64,000 nucleotides of DNA from NCBI GenBank assembly GCA_963752965.1, contig CAVWAJ010000007.1, positions 489,898 to 553,897 of the forward strand, in the 5' to 3' direction. Of this stretch, positions 34,997-44,599 are shown piece after piece. The translations under genes were made by a program, and so were the position numbers. The stretch is from Terriglobia bacterium (GTDB lineage: Bacteria > Acidobacteriota > Terriglobia > Bryobacterales > Bryobacteraceae). Each line of letters starts with the position of its first letter. Positions within the stretch are counted from its first letter, which is position 1. The notes under the pieces were generated by a model. The model saw only the letters and a program-made list of their open reading frames with translations. It searched no databases and had not been told where the DNA came from.

Positions 34997-36385
34997 ATGT
35001 CTCGACGGGGTTCGCTGGCATTCTTCCTCCTTTTCCTGGTCTCTCCCGCCTTCGGCCAAACCGATGAGGAGAGTCTGCGGGTCTACAACGAGCATCCACG
35101 GCTTCTGTTGGGGACGCACCGCCTTCAACTGCTGCGGAAGGAGCGGGAACGCCGTTCTCTAAGGTGGCAGCAGTTCGAGTTGCTGATGGCCGGCCACGCG
35201 CCGATGCCCGAACCGGGCTTTGCGGGCGCCCTGTACTACCGGGTGGCCGGCAACGAGGCGAGCGGTCGGGCCGCCGTGAACTGGGCGCTGGGACCCGGAA
35301 GCGACCTACGGCAACTCGCCCTGGTGTTCGACTGGTGCCAGGACCTGCTTTCGCCCGCGCAATCCCGAGCTGTTGCTACCAAGCTGGCCAAGGGCATTGA
35401 CCAACTCGCGCACGATCATTCGATCCCGGCCATGCGAGCACGGGCATTCGCCGCCATAGCACTGGCGGACCATCAGCAGGAACTCTCGGAACGAGAACTC
35501 GGCCGCGTGATCCGCGGTTGGTGGAGGGGCGAAATCGCTCCCGCCCTCGAAGGTGGACGCAACGTGGTGGGACGCGACGAATTTTACCCACTCTTTGAAA
35601 TGCTGCATGCTGTGCGCGACAATCTCAACATCGATCTGCGCGAGTCCGCCGTCGCCTTCTTCAAAGCGCTACCCCTTTACGATCTAGCGAGTTACTACCC
35701 GGCGTCGTACCCGGCGCCAGAGGGCGAATACCGCATCCCATGCACCAAGGGTGCGGAAGAGCCAGACGTGCGGCGTGCGGCCATGGCGCGAGCGGCCGAG
35801 TTGGCCATGGTCCCGTATGACACCAATGCCCCTGAAATCCAGCTCCTACAAGGTTGGCTCATGCACGACAATTACCTGCTGCGCAGCACGCTGGGCGCTC
35901 CGTACGAATTCTTGTGGGCCAATCCATACCATCCGGGGCTGGCCTACTATCTGGCACCCCTGGTTTTTCATGACGACACGTTCGGGCGCCTGTTTGTGCG
36001 ATCGAGTTGGGACGAATCGGCGCGCTGGCTGGGATATTTCGACGGAGAAGTACAGCTTTTCGAAAACGGCAGCGTGACGATACTGAATCCCGTGCTGGCG
36101 AGCGAGCCGATGTCATTGGACACGGCGGTGATCTTCTTCGGTAAGAACGCACAGAAGTTTCAGACCATCCTCAATGAAGACGAGGAGGTGTTTGTGCTCG
36201 GCCTGAAACCGCGGCGTCTATATCAAATTGAAGTCGATGACGAGGAAATGACTGAGGGGAAAACCGATCCCGGGGGCATTCTGGAGCTGAAACTGCCGCA
36301 CAAAGTGCAGGTCGGTGTGCGGATCCGTGAGGCGCCATCTTTCGGTTCCGGTTCAGGCGACCCGGCGAAAAAGGCCTCTCTCTGA
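34997..36385 (+). CDS. Exported hypothetical protein; the N-terminal region resembles alpha/alpha-toroid polysaccharide-lyase (heparinase II/III-like) proteins
   Basis: 462 aa. Signal peptide MSRRGSLAFFLLFLVSPAFGQ. HPRLLL...LQLLRKE...W motif region. GC3-rich codons. The functional assignment is weak. Confidence 0.5.
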   Translation: MSRRGSLAFFLLFLVSPAFGQTDEESLRVYNEHPRLLLGTHRLQLLRKERERRSLRWQQFELLMAGHAPMPEPGFAGALYYRVAGNEASGRAAVNWALGPGSDLRQLALVFDWCQDLLSPAQSRAVATKLAKGIDQLAHDHSIPAMRARAFAAIALADHQQELSERELGRVIRGWWRGEIAPALEGGRNVVGRDEFYPLFEMLHAVRDNLNIDLRESAVAFFKALPLYDLASYYPASYPAPEGEYRIPCTKGAEEPDVRRAAMARAAELAMVPYDTNAPEIQLLQGWLMHDNYLLRSTLGAPYEFLWANPYHPGLAYYLAPLVFHDDTFGRLFVRSSWDESARWLGYFDGEVQLFENGSVTILNPVLASEPMSLDTAVIFFGKNAQKFQTILNEDEEVFVLGLKPRRLYQIEVDDEEMTEGKTDPGGILELKLPHKVQVGVRIREAPSFGSGSGDPAKKASL

Positions 36386-36499
36386 CGCGGGATCAATATT
36401 AAACGCAGCCGTAATCGGGCCGTCATTCTAGCGATTTACACTCTGTCGAGGCGTCCCTTGTCTGGACGCCCGTTTCATGCATCCACGAGAGGAGCAGAG

Positions 36500-36715
36500 A
36501 TGTCCGAAAATCACAAAGGCGCCGATCATCACAACGAAGCCGCAGCGCATCACGAGGAGGCTGCGAAACACCACCGCGAGGCGGCCCGGCATTATGAAGC
36601 CGGTGACCACGAGAAGGCGGGCCATCACGCCCACGTCGCCCACGGCCACAGCTTGCACGCGGCCCATCACGCAGAAGAGGCCAGCAAGCATCACGCCCAG
36701 GAACACGGCCACTAG
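36500..36715 (+). CDS. Small histidine-rich helical protein (21 His in 71 aa), putative metal-binding
   Basis: ATG at 36500 preceded by gagaggag (36487-36494). Sequence MSENHKGADHHNEAAAHHEEAAKHHREAARHYEAGDHEKAGHHAHVAHGHSLHAAHHAEEASKHHAQEHGH. GC3-rich codons in this frame. Its own terminator lies downstream. Confidence 0.65.
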   Translation: MSENHKGADHHNEAAAHHEEAAKHHREAARHYEAGDHEKAGHHAHVAHGHSLHAAHHAEEASKHHAQEHGH

Positions 36716-36730
36716 CAACAAGATCCGCAA

Positions 36731-36775
36731 GGCGCCGGGTACGCGCAGCGTGGCGGCCGGCGCTTTGGCATATTT
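36731..36775 (+). terminator. Rho-independent terminator after the His-rich gene
   Basis: Stem gcgccgg (36732-36738) / ccggcgc (36757-36763), followed by tttggcatattt (36764-36775). Confidence 0.5.
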
Positions 36776-36853
36776 CACTGCGAGCCACATGCTACGCTAC
36801 AAAGCTGAGAAACCATCGTGCCTAAGAGAGCCCGTGCAAGGAGGGACCGCGAC

Positions 36854-39013
36854 ATGAATACTGCCGCCTCAGCCAACGAAAAGGCCGAGAATCCGGAAGC
36901 GTCTACCGTCCCGCTCCCAACCACGGATCTCAGCGCCAAGGAGTTGTATCTGAACCGCGAGCTCAGCCTGCTCGCGTTTCAGCGCCGGGTCCTCGAAGAG
37001 GCGGAGGACGAAAGCAATCCCCTGCTGGAACGCGTCAAGTTTCTGGCAATTCTTGGCTCGAACATCGACGAGTTCTTCATGGTCCGTGTGTCGGGATTAC
37101 TGGAACAGGTGGATGCAGGCATCCTTGAAGTTGGCGCCGACGGCATGGGGCCCGCCGCCCAGCTGGTCACCATCCGGCGCGAGGTGAAGAAGCTTCTCGC
37201 CGACGCGCACAAGTGCCTTTCCGGCAGTGTGCTCCCGGCGCTCGAAACAGCCGGCATGCAGATTCTGGATTATCCGGCGCTGACTACCACACAACTGGCG
37301 CTGGTAAATACGTATTTCACTGAGAGTATCTTCCCCGTGCTTACGCCGCTGGCCTTCGACCCCGGGCGGCCGTTTCCGCACATCTCAAATTTGAGTGTCA
37401 ATCTCGCGGTGCTGATTCGCGACAGCAAAGGCGTGGAGCATTTCGCGCGTGTAAAGGTTCCCGACTCGCTGCCGCCGTTCATTCCGCTCCGCGCCAAGAA
37501 GAAGAACCTCAAGCGCCACCGGCCGCAGGAAAACGAAGAATTCGTGTGGATCGAGCAGGTGATTGCGGGCAATCTCTCGGCGCTGTTCCGCGGCATGGAG
37601 ATCATCGAAGCGCACGCCTTTCATGTCACCAGAGACGCCGACATCGAGATCCAGGAACTGGAGGCCGAGGACTTGCTCGAGACCATCGAGGAGAGTATCC
37701 GGCAGCGGCGGTTTGGCAGGGTGATCCGGATCGAGGTGGGTGACGACATGCCCGCTCACATCCTCGAGATTCTGATGAGCAATCTCGAGATCGACTCCAG
37801 CCAGGTTTACCGTGTGAAAGGCCCGCTATCCCTGAGCCGTCTGATGCAAGTGTATTCGCTGGAGCGGCCCGATTTGAAAGAGACTCCGTTCCAGCCCGCC
37901 GTGCCGCGAGCGCTCACCGATCACTCCGACGAGGATGACCTGTTCGCGCTAATTCGGCGCCAGAATATTCTCCTCCACCATCCGTTCGATTCCTTTCAGC
38001 CGGTAGTGGATTTTATCTCCAAGGCGGCGCGAGACCCGAACGTGCTTGCGATCAAGATGGTGCTATACAGAATTGGCAGGAATTCTCCGATCCTCGAAGC
38101 GCTGATGGAAGCGCTGGAGAACGGCAAACAGGTGGCTGTCTTGGTAGAGCTAAAGGCCCGGTTCGACGAAGAAAGCAATATCGAATGGGCGCGGGCTTTG
38201 GAAAAACAGGGCGTGCACGTGGTGTACGGACTGGTCGGCCTGAAGACACACTGCAAGGTCACGATGGTGGTCCGGAGGGAAGAAGGCACTATTCGGCGGT
38301 ATCTGCACCTGGCTACAGGCAATTACAACACGGTTACCGCGCGCCTCTATACCGATATCGGAATGCTCACCTCTGATGAAGAGTTAGGCGCGGACGTTAC
38401 AGACTTATTCAATTACCTGACCGGTTACTCAGCCAAGCGAAGCTACGGTAAGTTGCTTGTATCTCCGGTCAACTTGAGAGACCGGCTTGAGTCACTCATC
38501 CGGCGTGAGATTAACCACCAGCTGCAAGGACAACGCGGGCACTTGATTCTGAAGATGAACGCGCTGGTGGACCATCAGATCATCCGGCTTCTATATCAGG
38601 CTTCGCAGGCCGGTGTGAAGATCGACTTATTGGTCCGCGGTATCTGCTGCTTGCGGCCTGGAATTCCGAATATAAGTGATAAGATCCAGGTGACGAGTGT
38701 CGTGGGCAGGTTCTTGGAGCATAGCCGCATTTACTACTTTCATAATGGCGGTGATGAAGAAATCTACCTCGGAAGCGCCGATATGATGCCGCGCAATCTT
38801 GATCGCAGAGTCGAAGTACTGTTTCCGCTGGAGGATCCGACGTTAATTCAGTACGTGAAAGATCAGATTCTGGCCGTTTATCTGGCAGACAGCGTCAAAG
38901 CGCGGGAGATGCGCAGTGACGGATCCTATGTCCGAAAGCACCCGGCCCGTGGGGGCCTGATGGTGAACACGCAAAACGTACTCATCGAGCGATCGCGGTC
39001 AGCCAACCGCTGA
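36854..39013 (+). CDS. ppk: Polyphosphate kinase 1
   Basis: ATG at 36854 with AAGGAGGG 8 nt upstream. PPK1 motifs FFMVRVSGL, RFGRVIRIEVGD, LKTHCKVTMVVRRE, GTGNYN-like ATGNYN, GSADMMPRNLDRRVEVLFP. Confidence 0.95.
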   Translation: MNTAASANEKAENPEASTVPLPTTDLSAKELYLNRELSLLAFQRRVLEEAEDESNPLLERVKFLAILGSNIDEFFMVRVSGLLEQVDAGILEVGADGMGPAAQLVTIRREVKKLLADAHKCLSGSVLPALETAGMQILDYPALTTTQLALVNTYFTESIFPVLTPLAFDPGRPFPHISNLSVNLAVLIRDSKGVEHFARVKVPDSLPPFIPLRAKKKNLKRHRPQENEEFVWIEQVIAGNLSALFRGMEIIEAHAFHVTRDADIEIQELEAEDLLETIEESIRQRRFGRVIRIEVGDDMPAHILEILMSNLEIDSSQVYRVKGPLSLSRLMQVYSLERPDLKETPFQPAVPRALTDHSDEDDLFALIRRQNILLHHPFDSFQPVVDFISKAARDPNVLAIKMVLYRIGRNSPILEALMEALENGKQVAVLVELKARFDEESNIEWARALEKQGVHVVYGLVGLKTHCKVTMVVRREEGTIRRYLHLATGNYNTVTARLYTDIGMLTSDEELGADVTDLFNYLTGYSAKRSYGKLLVSPVNLRDRLESLIRREINHQLQGQRGHLILKMNALVDHQIIRLLYQASQAGVKIDLLVRGICCLRPGIPNISDKIQVTSVVGRFLEHSRIYYFHNGGDEEIYLGSADMMPRNLDRRVEVLFPLEDPTLIQYVKDQILAVYLADSVKAREMRSDGSYVRKHPARGGLMVNTQNVLIERSRSANR

Positions 39014-39457
39014 CGCGTCCAAAATCTGCGCGAGATGATGGCGCAGGTGGCGCAGGTAGTCTTCCATAAGATACTCAAGCTCATAGTCAACGCCAGGCGC
39101 CTTCCAGACGTGCCGTGCCGCGGCTCCATCCGAATACCGCATCACGTGCGCCAGGTGCCGGTTATATGCTAACCAGAGTTCGATCAGTTCCTGCCAGCCG
39201 CGTCCGCCGTAGTTCTGCGCGCGCACCCATTCGTTCTGCTGATAGGAGGGTAGTGCAATGACATCCTCGTTCTGCAAGCGCACGAAGCGCTGATGATTAT
39301 TGGCGGCTGAATCGATCAGATGACCAAGAACCTCTTTCTTCGACCATTGGTCCGGAGCAGGTCGCGCTCCCGCAGCATCCTCGCTGATCGCCAGCAGACG
39401 CGAGCGGGCATTCTCCAGCGTCTCGTCTAGTTCTGCTGCGATCATCGCCGCGGTCAT
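38999..39457 (-). CDS. DinB-family (DinB_2) metal-dependent four-helix-bundle protein
   Basis: 152 aa. Motifs WSKKEVLGHLIDSAANNHQRF and a C-terminal HLRHH. Its 3' end overlaps the ppk 3' end by 15 nt (convergent). Confidence 0.8.
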   Translation of the reverse strand: MTAAMIAAELDETLENARSRLLAISEDAAGARPAPDQWSKKEVLGHLIDSAANNHQRFVRLQNEDVIALPSYQQNEWVRAQNYGGRGWQELIELWLAYNRHLAHVMRYSDGAAARHVWKAPGVDYELEYLMEDYLRHLRHHLAQILDASAVG

Positions 39458-39532
39458 GCTAACGATGTTAGCACCGAGTCTTTGCAGCGCTGGTGTGCCT
39501 TACGGTAACTGACCCGGCGACAGGAAGGAACA

Positions 39533-42500
39533 CTATTTCGGCGTGTAGCTGAAGTTGGAAATGTAGAGTTCGTCGGTACCCGGCAGATAAAAACCGAACT
39601 TGCCATTCGCGGGGTTGAGCCCGGAAGCAGGCCACGAGTCAACCTTTTCCCAGCCACCTTCTTGCTGGATGTAGGTCGTGATACCAGCGGATGAGATCTC
39701 AACTTTCAGCGTGTACTCCAGTTCCTTGGTAGCGGCTTTGAGGGGTTCGGATTCTTCCTTCTGCTTCTTGCCGGCCGAGACCAAGGCGCGATGGAAGCTC
39801 TTCTTGTCGATCCCGAACAGAACGTAGTCGCTCTTGTCCTCAAAGCAGCCAGCTACCCATTGAATCCGATTCCTGCCAAACGCACCACCGCTGCGCCGTG
39901 CGCTGAAAATGAAGGTGCCGGAACTGGGAACCGGCGGATATAGGACGAGTGAGCCGCCGCGATGCACGTACCAGCCATTCTCCAGCTTCCAGCCAGTAGC
40001 CGCCGCCCACTGTTCCATGGTCTGAGGACCGGTCTTGGCGCCGATGGCCCCTGCCGGCGGTAGGTTCAGTGTCACGGTGTTCGACTTACCGGCCGCAACT
40101 GTTACAACCTGACTTTCGGTGGTGTGCGAAGCGGCCGTGGCAGTGAACGTGTACTGGCCTTCTTCCAACTCGATTGCCGGACCACGCACCTCGTGTACCC
40201 TGCCGTCAGCATTCTTGTAAGTAACAGTGGCATTCGGAGGCGTCACCGATAGCTTCACGGTCACCCTGGCCAACTGAGCCACCAGGTCGCCTTGCCCGAT
40301 CTGCACCGTGTCCCCAGCCTTGAAGGCTTTCGAGAACGGCTTGTATCCTGCAATCTCGATCGTATGGGCACCTGGAACGATGTTCGGCAAAGTGAAACTA
40401 CCGTCGGACCCTACGGTGCCGCTTGGCCTTTGGTCCAGTTTGATCTGCGCACCAGCAGGCGCGCCCTGGATGACGAGCACCGCCACCGTCGGCACGGGCC
40501 GCAAACTAAACTGCAGCTTGGCTTCTTCGCCCTTCTTGATCTCCACGGACTGTACCGGCGCTTCCTGGAATCCGTCCTTGTAGACGCGGACCGTATGCTG
40601 CTTCACGCCAAGATTGGTAATGCGGATCTGTCCGTTCTTGCTCTTCTTTCTCTGTTTGTACGGTTTCCCATCGACATCCACCTGCACGTCTTCCAAACCC
40701 GGAGTCAGGACAATCAGCGAGCCCACGTTTCGGTCTGAATTCAGTTGAACCTGAAGGGTGGGCGAGGCGTTGTTCGTCAGGTTCATGGTGTTCCGGGTAT
40801 TGCCGTCGGTCAGAACAACCTCATGCGTGCCGACCGGCAGATTCGGGATATCGAGACCGTTGGCGCCCACGTCTCCGTAGTCCTGACCATCGACCGCAAC
40901 CTTTACCGGCGCGTAGGTGGCCTGGATGTGGACCTGATTTTGGAAACTCGTCACCACGACGGCCTTGACCTCTTTGGCCGTGGGTGTTTCGGTTAGAACC
41001 GGAGTGTGCCCCTGTGCCGCTTCGAATACGATCATTGCTTTGACGCCGCCGGAGGTGACCTCGAGCGTGTGCTTGCCGAGGCCAAGCGCTTCATTGACGA
41101 ATTGCCCGTCCTGTAACTCGACGGGGGCGTCCTCGTCAAGCTTGACTTTGCCGGATTGCAGATCGCTCGCCAGATGCAGAACCTGGGGCATGGGAGCCGC
41201 CGGCACCGGCGGAGCCACAGATTGCAGTGTCAAATCCACGGCCGTGGGCATCCCGCGCTTCACCACCAATGAAGTACTCGCCGGCTGGTAGCCTTCCTTT
41301 TCGGCTGTGACCTGGTGGACGCCGGTGCGCAACTTCACCAAGAGATCGCTCGGACCCTTGACTTCGTTGTCGATGCGAACGGTGGCGCCTGGCGGATTGG
41401 TTCGAATCACGATGGCAATCGGACGAAGTGACCGGGCCACGAACCAGGCGATTGCCAGAACAGCAACGGCAGCGATGCCAGCCCACACCAGGGTGCGGTT
41501 AATCGGCGGAATCGTCCCGGAAGGCTGTTTCTTCTCTGATGCAGCGGGCGGCGGTGCCTCAGCGGGCGGCTCGAAAGGCGGCACCGCTGGTCCAACCGGT
41601 GGCGCGGCGTGAAGCATCACGGTTGCACCAAAATCAGTTCCAGCTGCCGGGCTAACGCTGGGCACTGGCGGCTCGATCGGCGGTGGCGCAGGCGTTATTT
41701 CTTCCGGCGGCGCGCTGGAAACGGACGGCAGCGGGGGCGGCGATGCTGGCTCTTCGGGCTCCGCGGGCGTCTGCTCACGCAGACGCTGCTCGAATTCTTC
41801 CCAGCCTTCTGGTGAAGTGGCTTCCGGTGCGGCCTGCGGGAGCAGCACGGTTTCTGACTGACCTGCTACGCCTTCCGCCTTCGCCGACAGTTCAGCACGG
41901 CTTTGATAATCGGGGAACGCTTTACTCAGCGTGGCATGCAGTTGCACCAGACGCGGCTCTCGCGGATAGGTTCCGAGCGCCTGTTCAACCTGTTCGAGCG
42001 CTTCTTGCAGGTTTCCGGACGCCTGCATGCGCCTCGCCTCTGCCACGCATTGGCCGACCTCTTCTTCGCGCTTGCGATCCAGCGCCATCCCACGCACGCC
42101 TTTGGCCAAAGCGTGGCCTGGATCGAGGTCAAGCGCTTGCTGGCTGAGCGCTTCCGCCGCCTGCCAGTCGGTGTCGATGACGGCTCGGGCCTGATCGAGC
42201 ATGGTCTCCAACAGAAACGTCCGGATCACCTGGTTGTTCTGGTCCATCGCGTAGGCTTTACGCAACACTTCGATGGCTTCGGCGAACCGGCGCTGCGCGC
42301 ACAGGTCTTGGCCTTGCTGGAAGATCTGCTGTGCTTCGGCAGTGTGCGCCTGACGCTGCTTGGCCACTTCACCCAGCGCGGTCAATTCGTCGTCGTCTGG
42401 AAACTCGGCGGCAGCGTTCCGCAATAGCTCCAGAGCGCGGTCAAAGGCCGCCGCTTCAATCTGGCGGTCAATCTGCTCCACCCAGCGTGACTTGGCCTCT

Positions 42501-44503
42501 GCGCGAGACTGCTGCTCGCGGCGCTTGATCACCCGCTCGATCTCGAATTCCAGGCCCGGATACTGCATGTGGATCGTTTGCAGCGTTTCCCACTGGCCCA
42601 GCGCTTCATTGAACTGGCTGCGCTCTTCGTAGGACCGCGCTTTGTTGACGATCGAGTTGACCAGGTCGCGCTTGTCGCGCGCCAGGCGCAGAGCGCGCTC
42701 GAAGTGCGGCTCGCCAGGATAGGTTTCGAGGGCTTCCTTGAGGATGTTAGCGCGCCGCTCCAGATCCGGCTCTTCTTCCACGCGTCGGTCTATTTCAGCG
42801 ACACGCGAAGAAAGGTCCTGCCGCTGCCGCTCTTCCACATCGAACTTCAGCGCCTGAAACAGCGCGTGGCCCGGATACTTGGTCAGATACAGTTGGCAGA
42901 TGGCAAGCGCTGCCGGAAGATTTCCGTCGACTAGGTGCTTGCGCGCTTCCTGATAAGAATTCTTTAGGACATCATGTTCGGAGCGGACCTGGTTGTAGAA
43001 ATTCTGATAGGAAATACCGCGCTCCGGCGTCGAAGTATCGGGCACGCGGCGATCCAGGTCAACGAGCCGGTCGAGCCTGGTCAGCGCGGAACTCATCTCG
43101 CCGTTCTGCCAGGCTTCCATCGCCTGCTTGTACAGCTCTTCCTTCTCCTTCCGCACCTTCACGTACTGCTCTTCACGGCGGTCCACCTCGGTGAGCAACT
43201 GGAGCGCCGCAGTGTCCTTGGGCCGTAATTGCAGCAGGTTCTTGAGCGCGTCGCGAGCGTGGCTGAACCGGTTGTTCTCCAGGTGTTGCCGCGCCAGCTT
43301 GGTCCACTCCTCCACTTTGGCCTCGCTGCGGCGGGTCTCGATGGTAGCCCGCAGCGTGACCGCCGCTGCGTTCGTCGGGTCAAGCTGTAGGATCTCCTGA
43401 ATTTTCTGCAGCGCCAGCAGGTATTCCTCCTCCTGCATGCACGTTCGCGCGCTCTCCAGCAAATGCGCGATGCTCTTCTGGCGCACGGCCTGGTCGAGTT
43501 GGCGGCGCAGCAGCGTCATCGTTGTCTCGACGTGACCTTCGGCTTCGAGCTCATTCAGAATTTCCGCGGCAAACTGAAGGTTGCCTTGCTCGTATGCCTT
43601 GTTGGCCTTCTGAATCCGGGGTTGGAGGCGCGTGGCGTCGAAGATCTCGATGGGCTCGTTGCGGTGCGCTTTGAGCAGCGTCTCGGCGAACTCCTTGGCG
43701 GTGGCGAAACGGTTCCACGGCTGTTTGGCCATGGCCTTGTGGATGACGCGGCTCACCACCTGGCTCACCGCCGGATTCAGCTCGGAAGCCGCCGGCGGGA
43801 CGTGGTGCATGATGGCCTGGGCAGTTTCCTGCTCGGTCGGGAAATCGAAAGGGCGCCGTCGTGTGAGCGTTTCATAGAACACCACGCCCAACGAAAAAAT
43901 GTCCGAGAGCGGCGACGCCGGCTTCATCTCGAGCTGCTCGGGCGCCATGTATGGCAGCGTGCCACCCGCAACCGTCATCGTCGCCGTCGTGTCAGCCATA
44001 TGCGCCACACCGAAGTCGATGATCTTCACCGTGTCATCCGGCATGACGAAAATGTTGCTGGGCTTCAGGTCGCGATGCACCAGGCCCCGTTCATGCGCGG
44101 CGTGCAACCCGCGGCAGGTCTGAACAATGATCTCGACGGAACGCTCCACGGTGAGCCGCTGGCTGGAGGTCTTGATCAGGTGATCAAGCGTCACGCCCGG
44201 CAACAGAGGCATGACGAAGTAAGGCTTGATGGCCCCATCCTCGTTGAATTCGCCGATATCGAAAATCTCGACGATATTGGGATGGCTCATCGAAGCAAGG
44301 ACACCACATTCCTTGCGGAACAGATCGAGGGCCAGTTTGCTCGGGCTATCACGAAGCGTCTTCAGCGCGATTTCCCGCTGCACGACGGTGTCGTACGCTT
44401 TGTACACGAGCCCCATGCCGCCCTTGCCCAGGACGTCAATGATCTCGTATCGTTCCTTGATTTTCTTACGAGCTGCCATGCGTGCCGAGTTTACATCCAT
44501 CAT
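39533..44503 (-). CDS. Giant receptor Ser/Thr protein kinase: Hanks kinase, about 600-aa helical/TPR-like region, Pro-rich linker, TM, multiple PEGA-like beta-sandwich domains, C-terminal DUF1080/lectin-like domain
   Basis: 1656 aa. Kinase motifs GKGGMGLVYKA, ALK, HRDLKPSNIF, DFGVA, PYMAPE. TM TLVWAGIAAVAVLAIAWFVA. PEGA-like units (NPPGATVRIDNEVKG...HQVTAEKEGYQP; HTVRVYKDGFQE). C-terminal GWKLENGWYVH...YISNFSYTPK. Confidence 0.9.
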   Translation of the reverse strand: MMDVNSARMAARKKIKERYEIIDVLGKGGMGLVYKAYDTVVQREIALKTLRDSPSKLALDLFRKECGVLASMSHPNIVEIFDIGEFNEDGAIKPYFVMPLLPGVTLDHLIKTSSQRLTVERSVEIIVQTCRGLHAAHERGLVHRDLKPSNIFVMPDDTVKIIDFGVAHMADTTATMTVAGGTLPYMAPEQLEMKPASPLSDIFSLGVVFYETLTRRRPFDFPTEQETAQAIMHHVPPAASELNPAVSQVVSRVIHKAMAKQPWNRFATAKEFAETLLKAHRNEPIEIFDATRLQPRIQKANKAYEQGNLQFAAEILNELEAEGHVETTMTLLRRQLDQAVRQKSIAHLLESARTCMQEEEYLLALQKIQEILQLDPTNAAAVTLRATIETRRSEAKVEEWTKLARQHLENNRFSHARDALKNLLQLRPKDTAALQLLTEVDRREEQYVKVRKEKEELYKQAMEAWQNGEMSSALTRLDRLVDLDRRVPDTSTPERGISYQNFYNQVRSEHDVLKNSYQEARKHLVDGNLPAALAICQLYLTKYPGHALFQALKFDVEERQRQDLSSRVAEIDRRVEEEPDLERRANILKEALETYPGEPHFERALRLARDKRDLVNSIVNKARSYEERSQFNEALGQWETLQTIHMQYPGLEFEIERVIKRREQQSRAEAKSRWVEQIDRQIEAAAFDRALELLRNAAAEFPDDDELTALGEVAKQRQAHTAEAQQIFQQGQDLCAQRRFAEAIEVLRKAYAMDQNNQVIRTFLLETMLDQARAVIDTDWQAAEALSQQALDLDPGHALAKGVRGMALDRKREEEVGQCVAEARRMQASGNLQEALEQVEQALGTYPREPRLVQLHATLSKAFPDYQSRAELSAKAEGVAGQSETVLLPQAAPEATSPEGWEEFEQRLREQTPAEPEEPASPPPLPSVSSAPPEEITPAPPPIEPPVPSVSPAAGTDFGATVMLHAAPPVGPAVPPFEPPAEAPPPAASEKKQPSGTIPPINRTLVWAGIAAVAVLAIAWFVARSLRPIAIVIRTNPPGATVRIDNEVKGPSDLLVKLRTGVHQVTAEKEGYQPASTSLVVKRGMPTAVDLTLQSVAPPVPAAPMPQVLHLASDLQSGKVKLDEDAPVELQDGQFVNEALGLGKHTLEVTSGGVKAMIVFEAAQGHTPVLTETPTAKEVKAVVVTSFQNQVHIQATYAPVKVAVDGQDYGDVGANGLDIPNLPVGTHEVVLTDGNTRNTMNLTNNASPTLQVQLNSDRNVGSLIVLTPGLEDVQVDVDGKPYKQRKKSKNGQIRITNLGVKQHTVRVYKDGFQEAPVQSVEIKKGEEAKLQFSLRPVPTVAVLVIQGAPAGAQIKLDQRPSGTVGSDGSFTLPNIVPGAHTIEIAGYKPFSKAFKAGDTVQIGQGDLVAQLARVTVKLSVTPPNATVTYKNADGRVHEVRGPAIELEEGQYTFTATAASHTTESQVVTVAAGKSNTVTLNLPPAGAIGAKTGPQTMEQWAAATGWKLENGWYVHRGGSLVLYPPVPSSGTFIFSARRSGGAFGRNRIQWVAGCFEDKSDYVLFGIDKKSFHRALVSAGKKQKEESEPLKAATKELEYTLKVEISSAGITTYIQQEGGWEKVDSWPASGLNPANGKFGFYLPGTDELYISNFSYTPK

Positions 44504-44599
44504 ACTGCCGTTTAGGGCCTGATATCACAGACTGTTAACCGAAGTTAGCGCAGATAATTCCCTCCGTGGGGGATCGGGTTGTTCGTGGATAATTGGAAG

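Noticed and set aside
36428-36790. Two 120-aa minus-strand ORFs, one of which looks like a hydrophobic membrane protein, overlapping the His-rich gene.
   Set aside because: They are the mirror image of CAC/CAT (His) and GCC/GCG (Ala) codons, which read as Val/Met/Gly on the opposite strand. They have no Shine-Dalgarno. The plus-strand gene has an SD, GC3 bias and a terminator.
43463-44515. A 350-aa plus-strand ORF antisense to the kinase domain of the giant Ser/Thr kinase. Several other 80-170-aa ORFs lie within 40.2-43.4 kb.
   Set aside because: The minus-strand frame contains every Hanks kinase motif and is a single uninterrupted 1656-aa reading frame. The others are mirror ORFs.
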